Shown here: positions 47,682-57,761 of the stretch, in pieces
Layout: each line of letters opens with the position of its first letter
Position numbering within the stretch: the first letter of the stretch is position 1
Virus record (IMG/VR): IMGVR_UViG_3300038299_000353
Coordinates: 19,211-83,210 of that record
DNA from: a virus
Lineage: Duplodnaviria > Caudoviricetes
Length of the DNA: 64,000 nt
Direction: 5' to 3' (one strand)
The notes under the pieces: generated by a model
The model's database searches: none
Seen by the model: the letters and a program-made list of their open reading frames with translations, nothing else
Told to the model about the DNA's origin: nothing
Position numbers and translations under genes: made by a program

Positions 47682-48781
47682 GAGAGCAGGGATTGAAATT
47701 TTTCAAATAAATACTTTTTAGCAATCTCATTCTCTTCTAGCCAGTCTCTAAGCTTCTGTTCGCCTTGAAGCTTAAAATCTTCAGAGTTTTCTGGGATTAG
47801 AGAATTTAATTTTGCCTCTTCAAGGAATTCGCTGCTAAAAGATAGCCAAGCCCCAGCCTTCTTAACAAATCCCCATTCCATCATAAGGCTGGCAATTTCA
47901 TACTCAAGCCAAACACTTCCAGATGTCCCAGTAGAATTGTATTTAATAGGATATTTAACGGATAAGGTTCTCTCTTTATCAGTTTTAATAACGTTCACTT
48001 TACACCAGTGACCAGAAGGATCGTTTGGATCTCCAATCAAGTCTGATTTATACTTTGGCTGAAACTCAAGGAAGATTGTTGGATAGTGATCTTGCGCTGC
48101 ACCACCAGATGCGCTGGAAAGTTGCGGAGAACCCTTTTCATACGGGTTAATTCTAATAGTTGAACGAACTTGACCTATAAGGCCACATACATGGCCGAAT
48201 TTGGACATAGCGAGTGATACACGACTAAGGAAGTCAGAAGTTATCAGGGCGGCTCCTGCGACCTTCTCAACGGCTCCAGAGGCCTTCTCTAGGTCTTCTC
48301 TTCGCTTTAGACCATTGGTGGAGTCAATGACGAAAAAGTATCTCTTGTTTTCTGGGTTGTTGCGAATCAAACTTCTTACTAGATCGAATACAGCTTCGTA
48401 TACTTGACACTCAAAAACAAAAACTCCTCCATCTTCCCATGCCTCTGGGTCATGAGTAAATTTCAATCCAGAACGCCTCTTAGTTTCTTTGCCTAACCTA
48501 CCCTCTGCTAATACCCAAATGCATCTTGCGTTTTCTACTCCGTGTAGGAAGTTCTTAACATCTTCTAACATTTGAGAAGTCTTGCCACCTCTACTGACTC
48601 CAGTGTGACGTATGATTCCTGGGGTAATCTTTCCAACGTGTAAGTCAAGCAATAGACTTCCCTGAGTAACACTAAAGTCAACAGACTCGTCAAAATTAAA
48701 GTGATCATCCTTGTTCTGTTTTAAGAACGAGGTTAATTGAGATGTGGGGTCCATACCCTCTTTTGTTTTTTGCTTGGCCAT
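47678..48781 (-). CDS. RecA/UvsX-like recombinase
   Basis: SLLLD, Walker A GVSRGGKT, FVIDS, IGQVR, SGG, KKAGAW. Confidence 0.85.
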   Translation of the reverse strand: MAKQKTKEGMDPTSQLTSFLKQNKDDHFNFDESVDFSVTQGSLLLDLHVGKITPGIIRHTGVSRGGKTSQMLEDVKNFLHGVENARCIWVLAEGRLGKETKRRSGLKFTHDPEAWEDGGVFVFECQVYEAVFDLVRSLIRNNPENKRYFFVIDSTNGLKRREDLEKASGAVEKVAGAALITSDFLSRVSLAMSKFGHVCGLIGQVRSTIRINPYEKGSPQLSSASGGAAQDHYPTIFLEFQPKYKSDLIGDPNDPSGHWCKVNVIKTDKERTLSVKYPIKYNSTGTSGSVWLEYEIASLMMEWGFVKKAGAWLSFSSEFLEEAKLNSLIPENSEDFKLQGEQKLRDWLEENEIAKKYLFEKFQSLLS

Positions 48782-49386
48782 TATTTTAAAAAATTCATAA
48801 TTGTTTTAGGTTCTGTAAGCTCGATCTTTTCTGCGACGAACTCATCTTCAAGAATATAGTTAGGCTTTATTTCTGGAATGTCAACATTATTATAATAATA
48901 CTTTTTTAGGTTTTCTCTAACAAATTTTTCCCCCTTGTCAGTTAAAAACCAGTGCAGTGAATTCAACTCGAAGCCAAGTGTTAGAAATTTCCAAAAGTTA
49001 AAATCATCTCCATAGTTATTATACATCCTTATGAATGCAATTTTCTCTGACTTCATTTCTTCACGAGACAAGGCCTTCTTTTTCTTGATAAATTTACTTG
49101 AACAGTATTCAAAAGAATCTTTCAAGAAGGACAGGTCAATCTTTTTTACATTTTTGGGTCTCTTTATCTTTAATCCGTCTTCCGTTTCTACAGTAGCATC
49201 AAACTCAATAAGATTACTTGGCTTAATGCTTAAACTTTTAAAAGATTTTAATAAAGAAAATTCGTAAGAGCTACATAAGAACTGATCGTCTGCATAAAGA
49301 TCTATGAAAAGCATTTTTGGCGCTATTCCATATTCTCCCTTTTTACATATATTCCCTTTGTATATTCCCCTGATTCTTTTACTCAT
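48781..49386 (-). CDS. Hypothetical protein
   Basis: 201-aa ORF coupled to the RecA-like gene; promoter TTGACT-N16-CATAGT at 49422-49395. Confidence 0.65.
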   Translation of the reverse strand: MSKRIRGIYKGNICKKGEYGIAPKMLFIDLYADDQFLCSSYEFSLLKSFKSLSIKPSNLIEFDATVETEDGLKIKRPKNVKKIDLSFLKDSFEYCSSKFIKKKKALSREEMKSEKIAFIRMYNNYGDDFNFWKFLTLGFELNSLHWFLTDKGEKFVRENLKKYYYNNVDIPEIKPNYILEDEFVAEKIELTEPKTIMNFLK

Positions 49387-49414
49387 AAAAGATGACTATG
49401 CTAATAGTAATGCA

Positions 49415-50443
49415 TTAGTCAATGATTAAATCATTATCAACCATTCTTTTGACTAGAGTCTCAAAATCTACTCTCTTGATCCAACCCAATTCATTTACAG
49501 CTTCGGATGGATCACCTAGCAACAAGTCAACCTCTGCTGGCCGATAAAACTCAGGATTAACCCTAACAACAGCTTTATCATTACAATATAAAATTTCGCT
49601 TTCTTCTGAGCCAACCCATTCAAAACAGCTGTTATTAATATTCGCATTTTTAAATGCTAAATCAACAAACTCTCTTACTGTGTGAGTTTCGCCAGAAGCA
49701 AGAAGATAGTCTTTGGGATTCTCCTGATTCATCATTAGCCAAACTGCTTCAACAAAATCTTCTGCATGACTCCAGTCTCTCTTGGAGTTCATATTCCCAA
49801 GCTCTAACGGCTTAAAATCTTCTTCACTTTCAATAGACTTCTTGATTCTAGCTACAGCCTTAGTGATCTTTCTCGTTACGAACTCTTCGCCACGACGCTC
49901 CGACTCATGATTAAACAAATAGCCCTGAACCGCATACAGGTCGTATGAGTCTCTCCATACCTTTACTATTTGTCTAGCTGCAACTTTAGCCGCACCATAC
50001 GGACTTCTTGGTCTGGATGGATGCTTGAGGTCTTGTGGGCTATACGCAACATCGCCAAATTCTTCCGAAGATCCAGCATTATAATATCTACAGTTAGGGC
50101 AAAACTTTCTTATCGCCTCAAGTTGACGCATAACGCCTACGGCATTAACATCAAAATGATTTATTGGCATTTTCCAGCTATTTCCTACGAAAGAGTTCGC
50201 AGCAAAATTAATAAAATAATCTGGGTTAATTTCATGGATACATGATGAGATGCTTGGTTCATCCGTCAGATCCATTTCGACCAATTCAAAGCGTGGGTTG
50301 TCGATATGGCTAATATTCCGATGATTTGGTACGCTCAATCTTCTGATTGCTCCAAAAATCTTGTAGTCTGTATTTTTCAACAGAAAATCTACCATATAAG
50401 ATCCAACTTGCCCCGTAACACCAGTAATAATTACTTTCTTCAT
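49415..50443 (-). CDS. gmd: GDP-mannose 4,6-dehydratase
   Basis: ITGVTGQVGSY, AANSFV, AGSSEEFG, PRSPYGAAK, LFNHESERRGEEFVTRKIT, RDWSHAED, RPAEVDLLLGD. Start revised to 50443. Confidence 0.95.
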   Translation of the reverse strand: MKKVIITGVTGQVGSYMVDFLLKNTDYKIFGAIRRLSVPNHRNISHIDNPRFELVEMDLTDEPSISSCIHEINPDYFINFAANSFVGNSWKMPINHFDVNAVGVMRQLEAIRKFCPNCRYYNAGSSEEFGDVAYSPQDLKHPSRPRSPYGAAKVAARQIVKVWRDSYDLYAVQGYLFNHESERRGEEFVTRKITKAVARIKKSIESEEDFKPLELGNMNSKRDWSHAEDFVEAVWLMMNQENPKDYLLASGETHTVREFVDLAFKNANINNSCFEWVGSEESEILYCNDKAVVRVNPEFYRPAEVDLLLGDPSEAVNELGWIKRVDFETLVKRMVDNDLIID

Positions 50444-50479
50444 ACGGAAGATGATATTGAGATTAGAGCAATGGAACAA

Positions 50480-50809
50480 CTATTCTTTGTATTCTTTTAG
50501 CATTCTTTCTATAATTCTTGTGCATACTAAGTAAGAAGATGTAAAATTTTCCTTATTGTTTATCATGGATTCAAGTTTTTGACTTCTAGCAAACTTATTC
50601 TTATATTTAACCATACCTTCGTAGGAAATACATAGAGCGGAGTATAAGTCCAGAACTCTATCGTCTGTTCTGCGATCTACGCTCCACTTATGCGTATCCA
50701 TAACGGTGTCTCGCGATTTAATGATAACATCGAGACACCGATTTATGGAAGGTAGGGAATCTTCCTTGAGTAGATCCATCTCCTCCTTATTTAGTATATC
50801 ATCCTTCAC
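50480..50809 (-). CDS. Hypothetical protein
   Basis: 109-aa ORF overlapping the nrdA stop. Confidence 0.6.
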   Translation of the reverse strand: MKDDILNKEEMDLLKEDSLPSINRCLDVIIKSRDTVMDTHKWSVDRRTDDRVLDLYSALCISYEGMVKYKNKFARSQKLESMINNKENFTSSYLVCTRIIERMLKEYKE

Positions 50810-52445
50810 AGGAAGTACAGTTATTAATCTTCCGACTTAATTCTTGAGAGGGATTAGCACTTCTTTGATAATAGAACGTTTTAATTCCAGACTTCCAGCC
50901 AAAAATCAACAAGTCGCTAACATCTTTGGGTTTTACCTCTGGTCCAATCATTAAATTGAGGGACTGGGATTGGTCTATAAACTTTTGCCTAGAAGATGCT
51001 TGAATAACAATGTCTTTTTGAGATATCTCCCCAAATGTTTTAAATACATTCTTCTCCTCTTGACTTAAGAAGTCTAGGTGTTGCACTGATCCACCATGCA
51101 GTAAGATTGATCTCCAAGATTCTGGACTATTCTCACCTTTAGATTCTAAAAGTGACTTCAAGAAAGGGTTTTTATAAGTAAAATTTCCTTTAGCCAGTTT
51201 TTTTACAAAGTAGTTACTATTCAACGGCTCAATAGACGGAGATACTTGACCCAGAATGAAAGAGGATGATGTTGTTGGGGCTATTGCTAGTCTAGTAACA
51301 TTTCTTATTCCTTTACCCTTTAGCATTTCTGGTTCACCAAACTTATCAGCCATCTCTTTTGATGCTTTTAGTGATCTACTTTCTATTTCACTCCAAATTG
51401 AACTGTTAAGTATATTTGCCTCTAGACCTTCAAAGGAAATGCCTTTAGATTGAAGTAGAGAATGCCAGCCCAAAGCTCCCATACCCAAAGCTCTTTGAGA
51501 TTTAGCGAACTTGTGCGAAGATTCCATGTGCTTGATATTCTCAGTCTTATCAACAAACTCCTGATTAACTGCATCAAGAAAATATGTTAGAGTTTCTACT
51601 GCATCAGTTTCTTTAATTTCGTCCCAGTGTAGTAAATTTAAAGAAGATAATACACAGACAAAAGACTCGTTTTCATTAGAGCTAAGGCAAATTTCAGAAC
51701 AAAGGTTAGAACTGTTTATCTTTCTGTCAAGATCTTGATATATCTTGGGCGAGTTATTGTTGACCGTGTCAGAGAAAAAGATATAAGGGTAACCGCTCTC
51801 GAAGCGCTTCTTTATAATCTTACCCCAAACCTTTCTTTTGTCTTTATCTCCTGCAATCATTGACTCCATCCAGTCATCGGTGATCGTAACCCCAATGCTC
51901 ATTTTTTGAATAGGATGTCCATCGTCTCTAATCTGCAAAAACTCTTCAATGTCAGGATGCTCAACGGGAAGATAAGCAGCAAAAGATCCTCGCCTTGCAG
52001 AACCTTGACTAACGACTTCAGCGATTTTGTCAAAAATTTCCATGAAATGGATTGGTCCCGACGACTCGCCACCAACAGAAATATTTTTACCTCTAGCTCT
52101 AAGCTCTCCGAAAAATCCAGAAGTACCACCTCCCATTTTAGACATAATGCCCACCTCGGAAGCTTTATCTAAGATCGACTCCATAGTATCCGATACGTGA
52201 GAATTAAAGCATGACACTGGAAGACCTCTCTTGTTACCAAAGTTGACCCATACAGGGGTAGATAGGGAGTAAAAACCTTTAGACATATAGTCTAAGAATT
52301 TTTCTGCAAACCCATCTACACCAAGAATCTTCTCAGCATTTTCGGCAATCTCAGAAATTCTACCTTCTGGGCTTTGACCCTTTTTTAAATAACCTCTAGA
52401 AAGAAATGTTCTAGAGTCTTCGTTTAACCAATAATATTTTTCCAT
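50799..52445 (-). CDS. nrdA: Class I ribonucleotide reductase alpha subunit, no ATP cone
   Basis: VSCF, GGGT, RRGS, SNLCSEI, IAPTTSSS, QSLN, KTFYY and C-terminal CTSCEG. Confidence 0.95.
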   Translation of the reverse strand: MEKYYWLNEDSRTFLSRGYLKKGQSPEGRISEIAENAEKILGVDGFAEKFLDYMSKGFYSLSTPVWVNFGNKRGLPVSCFNSHVSDTMESILDKASEVGIMSKMGGGTSGFFGELRARGKNISVGGESSGPIHFMEIFDKIAEVVSQGSARRGSFAAYLPVEHPDIEEFLQIRDDGHPIQKMSIGVTITDDWMESMIAGDKDKRKVWGKIIKKRFESGYPYIFFSDTVNNNSPKIYQDLDRKINSSNLCSEICLSSNENESFVCVLSSLNLLHWDEIKETDAVETLTYFLDAVNQEFVDKTENIKHMESSHKFAKSQRALGMGALGWHSLLQSKGISFEGLEANILNSSIWSEIESRSLKASKEMADKFGEPEMLKGKGIRNVTRLAIAPTTSSSFILGQVSPSIEPLNSNYFVKKLAKGNFTYKNPFLKSLLESKGENSPESWRSILLHGGSVQHLDFLSQEEKNVFKTFGEISQKDIVIQASSRQKFIDQSQSLNLMIGPEVKPKDVSDLLIFGWKSGIKTFYYQRSANPSQELSRKINNCTSCEG

Positions 52446-52450
52446 TAATT

Positions 52451-53419
52451 TTAAAATAAATCGTCTTCATCAAAAGACTTGTTTCCTTTGCTGTATTCCA
52501 CTGGACGAGAGTTAAAGAAATCCGTAGCTGAATTACCTAATACCTCTTCATCGAACCAAAGTGTACTCTCCAATTGTTCACTGTCAACTTCAAAAATCTT
52601 TTTGTAGCCAATTTGTTCAAGAGAATCATTTAACCTACTTTTTACGAACTCTTTGAGCAGATCTGAAGACAGCCCCTCTTCTTTAATCCCATTGATCATC
52701 CATTCAATAATTTGAGACTCTGCCTTAAAAGCCTCTTCTGCTTCATGTAGGATTTTGTCTTCTAGATCTTTATCAAAAAGTTCTGGATGCTCTTTACGAA
52801 TAACATTGACTAACTTAATGCCTATCTTTGCGTGGATATCTTCTTCTCTAGCAGTATATGCTGTTTGCTGATTAGTATCCTTGAGTAAGTTCTTTTTGCC
52901 AAACCAGTTTATGATATAAAATTGAGAGAATAGGCTCACATTTTCTACAAAAAGAGTAAATAGTATCAAAGCATAAACGAACTGTTTTTTAGAGTCCTTA
53001 TAATATCTATGAGTATACTTCTTTAGGTACTTAACTCGACCATCGATCCAATCTAGTTTAAGATTTTGCTCGAATACGTCATCCAAACCAAGCACTTCAA
53101 TCAGGCGCTCATATGCGTTGTTGTGAATTACTTCGATATTGCCCATGACGTAACCCATATCTCTAATAGATGGATGAGGAAGATTGTCTCCAATCTTAGC
53201 CCAGAACGTCTTAACGGCTATCTCTATCTGCCCTATGGCTGATAAGGCTCTAATAATAATCTCCCTTTCTTGGTCAGTCATGTTGATCTTGTAGTCTTGA
53301 ACATCGGACGTAAAGCTAAATTCTTTATCTGTCCAATGTCCTTCCCACATTGCTCTCATAAATTCCTCTGTCCAAGGATAGTGATCTGGTTTTCTTGCGA
53401 TTTGTTCTTCGAATATCAT
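52451..53419 (-). CDS. nrdB: Ribonucleotide reductase beta subunit
   Basis: EVIHNNAY, ENVSLFSQF, EEDIH, DFFNSRPVEY. Confidence 0.95.
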   Translation of the reverse strand: MIFEEQIARKPDHYPWTEEFMRAMWEGHWTDKEFSFTSDVQDYKINMTDQEREIIIRALSAIGQIEIAVKTFWAKIGDNLPHPSIRDMGYVMGNIEVIHNNAYERLIEVLGLDDVFEQNLKLDWIDGRVKYLKKYTHRYYKDSKKQFVYALILFTLFVENVSLFSQFYIINWFGKKNLLKDTNQQTAYTAREEDIHAKIGIKLVNVIRKEHPELFDKDLEDKILHEAEEAFKAESQIIEWMINGIKEEGLSSDLLKEFVKSRLNDSLEQIGYKKIFEVDSEQLESTLWFDEEVLGNSATDFFNSRPVEYSKGNKSFDEDDLF

Positions 53420-53528
53420 TTGTTTTTTTATTTTGTATGTTAGGGCAATAGGTAATTACATCTTTCAAAAAACTTTTGCAAGAAGTTTAAAAGAAATAAA
53501 ATTATAGCTCTAAATTGTGTAACGGAAT

Positions 53529-53702
53529 TTACTTTACCGTACTAGTAAAAACAAATATTCTTTTTTCATTTTCGTAAATATGTTCGAAGTCATTAATCTT
53601 TGGATATCTAAAAGGGGAACCATCTCTATGGACAATAAAGTCCACTTCTCTGGTCTCAAATTTCCCATCGACCTCTACTTGCATTTCTTTTTTTTCTTTC
53701 AT
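53529..53702 (-). CDS. 57-aa hypothetical protein missed by the ORF track
   Basis: Hand translation MKEKKEMQVEVDGKFETREVDF...FTSTVK*; same strand as neighbours; TTGACA at 53795-53790 upstream. Confidence 0.6.
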   Translation of the reverse strand: MKEKKEMQVEVDGKFETREVDFIVHRDGSPFRYPKINDFEHIYENEKRIFVFTSTVK

Positions 53703-53823
53703 TTTTATTTGGTGGTGTTTTTTATTTTGGATATTTTATCCAACTGCTGCAATTGTTGCAGCCCTTATGTATGATGAAAATATTGGAGTTGTCAAAGATA
53801 ATTTTAACTTAAACTTTAAATAT

Positions 53824-54588
53824 CTAATCTTCATAGACTATATTCGGTTTGATAAGATTGTTTCGATGATAAAAATCATCATTCAACTTAACCTCTCCAT
53901 CTTCCCATTTGTATGAGCAGCCATGATTATGAATGTTTTGATATTCTATTTTGAGCTTATTTCTTTCTGTATTAGTCCAAGTAAAATGTGGAACCCATGC
54001 GATGGACTGTGGAATAACTTTATTGGACAGGGATTTGTAATTCAACTCACTTCCATCTTTAGAGATGTAAAGTAAGTCGTTATCAAAATAAAAATGAGAG
54101 GCTTTTAAACCCCTTGCGTTTACTTTGAATATTCTTGGTGGAGTAAAAGGCTCTATCAAGTAACCATTACCAACGAAATTTTTGTAGCTTATAGCCCACC
54201 AATCAATAAATTCAGAATTCTCTACATAATTAATAATGTTTTCTAAATCCAATTTGCTGAATTTTTCATCAGAATCAATCAAGAATATTAAGTCGCAGTC
54301 ATTTTCGAGAAGAGGCTTCAGGGCGAAGTTTCTCGCTTCAGCATCTGTTATGTATTTGGGATCACTAATCAAATAATCAATATCACCATTTTTTAACTTA
54401 CCTTTTAAAATACTAGTAGTGCCATCGTACTTTATACCTTTATCTTTATATTCGAGAAAAGGTACTGAAACAGCACTAATAATATGACCATACTCCTTAC
54501 AAAAAGGAACAAGGTCCTGTAAGCAGCCATCAAGAAACTCTTCTTGATTGAAAGCACAAAGCATAAAACCTATTTTCATAGCCACCAA
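53824..54588 (-). CDS. GT2-like (GT-A) glycosyltransferase
   Basis: CAFNQEEFL, ARNFAL, LIDSDE (DxD), PRIF. Likely start at MKIGF (about 54579). Confidence 0.8.
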   Translation of the reverse strand: MVAMKIGFMLCAFNQEEFLDGCLQDLVPFCKEYGHIISAVSVPFLEYKDKGIKYDGTTSILKGKLKNGDIDYLISDPKYITDAEARNFALKPLLENDCDLIFLIDSDEKFSKLDLENIINYVENSEFIDWWAISYKNFVGNGYLIEPFTPPRIFKVNARGLKASHFYFDNDLLYISKDGSELNYKSLSNKVIPQSIAWVPHFTWTNTERNKLKIEYQNIHNHGCSYKWEDGEVKLNDDFYHRNNLIKPNIVYED

Positions 54589-55355
54589 TCTAAAATATAA
54601 TCTGATCTGCCATCGTAGTTAGGGGAGTCTAATCCTTCTATTGGCATGGAATAATTGCATGGGATAAACCCACAGTCTTGAATTTCCTTTTTATTGACAT
54701 ACAGCATTTCTAATGTTTCTGGAAAGTCCATGTATCTTGGACAATGGTTATTCCCATGAGCATGGAATAGTACAAAGTGCTTATTGAGCCAGTTTAAGAA
54801 CTTTTCTTTTTTAGGCATATCCTTTTTTATGTCTAAAATTTTCTGCAACACATTCCATTCTGGCGGATGCTCTTCAATGAGGCCATGACACTCAAAGGAT
54901 ATTTGAGATATGTGTTTTGAAATTATATCTAAATTATCTTCCATGAAAATGTCATATTCACATCCATCTATATCCATCTTAATAGTATACTTACTTTCGT
55001 TGGATTTGAATATCTTATCGAAGTGGGATTTAAAATTATCTTTAGTAACAAACTCCTTATAGAAGGATGCGTTATCAGGAAGATTTTTTCTAGCTGGGTA
55101 GCCGTCTATGGAGCCGTCATACATATGAATTTCTTCACAGATTTCAAAAACATCCTCTTCAAAAGAGCATCCATTTGGATCGCTATTTATGCCATAAGAT
55201 AAAACTCTTGATCCTTCAAAAATCTCCTTAGCCATAACATAGCTGCCATCTTTTTGCCCATATCGAACTCTAGTTAATCCAGATATGTCATTAGGCGTAA
55301 TTAATTTCTTAAGGCTAGAATACTTATTAGGACTTTTTTCATCAAAGTAAATCAT
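54576..55355 (-). CDS. FkbM/Methyltransf_22-like SAM methyltransferase
   Basis: RYGQKDGSYV, LSYGI, SFE, KMDIDGCEY, QISFECH, HAHGNN. Confidence 0.75.
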   Translation of the reverse strand: MIYFDEKSPNKYSSLKKLITPNDISGLTRVRYGQKDGSYVMAKEIFEGSRVLSYGINSDPNGCSFEEDVFEICEEIHMYDGSIDGYPARKNLPDNASFYKEFVTKDNFKSHFDKIFKSNESKYTIKMDIDGCEYDIFMEDNLDIISKHISQISFECHGLIEEHPPEWNVLQKILDIKKDMPKKEKFLNWLNKHFVLFHAHGNNHCPRYMDFPETLEMLYVNKKEIQDCGFIPCNYSMPIEGLDSPNYDGRSDYILDWWL

Positions 55356-56107
55356 TTAGTATTCTCCTTTGCAAACTCTTCTGAGCCAATGTGGGTAGCA
55401 TTAATCGTATTAGGATCAAAGAAAGCAAATGGGGTATTCACTGTTGCAAAAAGCCCCTTCATGAACATGCCGCTAAGTAATTCGCAATGGGATTTGAATC
55501 TCAAATCATTTCTGTTGATCTGTCTAACTGCCGCATACCAGTCTCTAGTCCTCATTAGAGTTGGCTGAAATGTTATTGTTGGACCATATTGAGTATAATC
55601 TTCATTTTGAATATATATATCTTTTGTTATTTTAGATGCTTTGGATAGGTCTGTGTTTGTATCAGCATTGATTCTAACACAAAGGATATCCTTGTTGCCC
55701 TTCATCAATCTTATGCCTTCCTGAAGGAGGTACATAAGGGGCTTTTGGGTATTTATAATCCAATCATCTTCATGGAAAAGAATAAACTCATTATCGTGGA
55801 CAGAGTCTTGGTTCATTAGGGTCTCCATATCTTTGAAATACTCAACTGCATGATTATTGTTTTTTCTATTCCAGTTGCCTTTTGTTGTAGATACGTCAAT
55901 TTGCTTTGATTCGAAAAAAGATTTTAAATCCTCGCACTTGTCTTCACCTTCTTGGCTATCACATACCTTTATGTGGGCAGATTTGTTAGAAAAACAACCT
56001 TCGTCAATCTTAGAAAGATGATCAACTGTATCTTTAGCACAATCTTTGTAGCCAAAATGACCTTTGGTTGTTGTATACAATGTTAATGATATGGGTAAGC
56101 TATTCAT
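55352..56107 (-). CDS. GT-A-fold glycosyltransferase
   Basis: FILFHEDDW, TFQPTL, THIG; located in the GT cluster. Confidence 0.7.
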   Translation of the reverse strand: MNSLPISLTLYTTTKGHFGYKDCAKDTVDHLSKIDEGCFSNKSAHIKVCDSQEGEDKCEDLKSFFESKQIDVSTTKGNWNRKNNNHAVEYFKDMETLMNQDSVHDNEFILFHEDDWIINTQKPLMYLLQEGIRLMKGNKDILCVRINADTNTDLSKASKITKDIYIQNEDYTQYGPTITFQPTLMRTRDWYAAVRQINRNDLRFKSHCELLSGMFMKGLFATVNTPFAFFDPNTINATHIGSEEFAKENTK

Positions 56108-56112
56108 GATAA

Positions 56113-56895
56113 TTATAAAAAATCTATTTCAATGTTATGTTTAAAAGTTTCTCTTGATTCTAAATCTTTTTTAGATATTTCAACCTCTTGAATACTTTCT
56201 CCTTTACGGTTTTCCCAATGGGGTTTCCACCAAGAATTAATTTTCGACCTTCTATCTATATCTATATAACCTAAGTGCCAAATGAAAGGATTATGCAGCT
56301 GGCAATATCTGAGAGGATCTATTTGATAATGATGGCATATGTCAATATATGGAACTAAATTATCATCTTCATCGAGAAGTTCGCAGGTATCTGATTTCTC
56401 TATATCAATTTTACCATCTTGCTTTCTAGCAAAAGAGACTACTCCCCTCTTAGTACCCTCTTTCTTACATATATACCATTTTTTATTGATAGAGGAATAT
56501 TCATAATAAGATCCATAAAGATCAATAACTGGAATGAATAAGGATTTTACACTCTCATTTGACAAAAGAGTTTCTGCAAAGCTTTCCCAGGCTTCTGGCT
56601 TTCCGCCCATTCTCTCGTCTAAATCACACTGAACGACAATTTCGTTAGAAGAGTTTTGATGCGAGCTATTTTTAAGCTTACCATCAAACTCAGGATCTTC
56701 CAGTGAAAAATCTTCCTCAATTATCTTTATAGGTTTAGAACTTTCGAGTTCCTTTAGGATTTGTAGAGAGTTGTCTCTAGAGGGTATAGTACTTATGACA
56801 ATTTCATCTACGTACAATTCCCAGTTTTTAATTGCAGAATGAATGTCAAAGTCATTAGACTCTATGTTAAATGCGCTAGTTGCTAGAGATATCAT
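56113..56895 (-). CDS. GT2-like glycosyltransferase
   Basis: VDEIVI...SRDNS, QCDLDE (DxD), IWHLGY. Confidence 0.78.
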   Translation of the reverse strand: MISLATSAFNIESNDFDIHSAIKNWELYVDEIVISTIPSRDNSLQILKELESSKPIKIIEEDFSLEDPEFDGKLKNSSHQNSSNEIVVQCDLDERMGGKPEAWESFAETLLSNESVKSLFIPVIDLYGSYYEYSSINKKWYICKKEGTKRGVVSFARKQDGKIDIEKSDTCELLDEDDNLVPYIDICHHYQIDPLRYCQLHNPFIWHLGYIDIDRRSKINSWWKPHWENRKGESIQEVEISKKDLESRETFKHNIEIDFL

Positions 56896-57761
56896 ATAGG
56901 CTTTATGTTTTCGTAATCGTGATTGTCTAAAATATCTACTTCACCTAGTATTTTATTTCTATAGAAGTCATTAAGAATTTTCTCTTTATTGATAAGATCT
57001 TTAGTATCTTGATGCATGTCCTGCTCAAAGAACTCAAGGACTGAGTCGTAATTGAATTCAACCCCTTTGCTTAACAGGTGATTTCTAAAATCATGTCTAT
57101 TCTCTAACCTAATTCTAGTAAGTCCTTCATCTTTCTCAGTGCCTAAATAGCACTGCATAGTGTTATCGATTAGATAATATCTAAAAAAATGTTCTACAAA
57201 ATGAAGCTTATCTCTCTCGTTTGGTCTGGTGTTTGTGAAGTATTTTGAACTGTCTTCATAGCCCGCAATCTGCGTAAGCTCAGCAGCTCTATTCATAGGT
57301 CTGATGCATTCATGAGTTCCGTTTTCATATTTCATCCATTCGTTTTTTCTAAAAATAAAACCCTTGCCATGAAGAAAGACTCCCTCAAGGTCATTGTCTA
57401 ACATTGATTTTCTAATCTTCGGAAGATCTATTGTGCAGAAATTTTCTGTCATATTTTCCAATGAGTCTAAAACTACAAAGAAGTCTCCAGAATTCATCAA
57501 TGGGTCAAACAAATATCTATTCCTAGAAAAATCATATCTTCTAATCCAATCAAAAATATGAATTTTACCTTGTCCCCTATTTTCATTTAGCATGCTAAAT
57601 AACTGGCTTTCCTCTTCAGTTAGGAATGGTCCACTCTTATGGAGAACAATATTCAATCCATCGAAATACTTAGCAATAGGGATAATGTTATTTTTTACGG
57701 CTTCAATAGCTGGGCCATAAGTAAGTCCGCATAGCCAAATTTTATTTTTAATCGGTGTCAT
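56892..57761 (-). CDS. GT2-like glycosyltransferase
   Basis: YDFSRN, VVLDSLE (degenerate DxD), YENGTHE. Confidence 0.65.
   Translation of the reverse strand: MTPIKNKIWLCGLTYGPAIEAVKNNIIPIAKYFDGLNIVLHKSGPFLTEEESQLFSMLNENRGQGKIHIFDWIRRYDFSRNRYLFDPLMNSGDFFVVLDSLENMTENFCTIDLPKIRKSMLDNDLEGVFLHGKGFIFRKNEWMKYENGTHECIRPMNRAAELTQIAGYEDSSKYFTNTRPNERDKLHFVEHFFRYYLIDNTMQCYLGTEKDEGLTRIRLENRHDFRNHLLSKGVEFNYDSVLEFFEQDMHQDTKDLINKEKILNDFYRNKILGEVDILDNHDYENIKPI

Noticed and set aside
53452-53484. Late promoter upstream of nrdB (minus-strand TGTAATT)
   Set aside because: There is no TTCNCA at the 21-nt spacing; a lone TGTA in AT-rich DNA is not enough.
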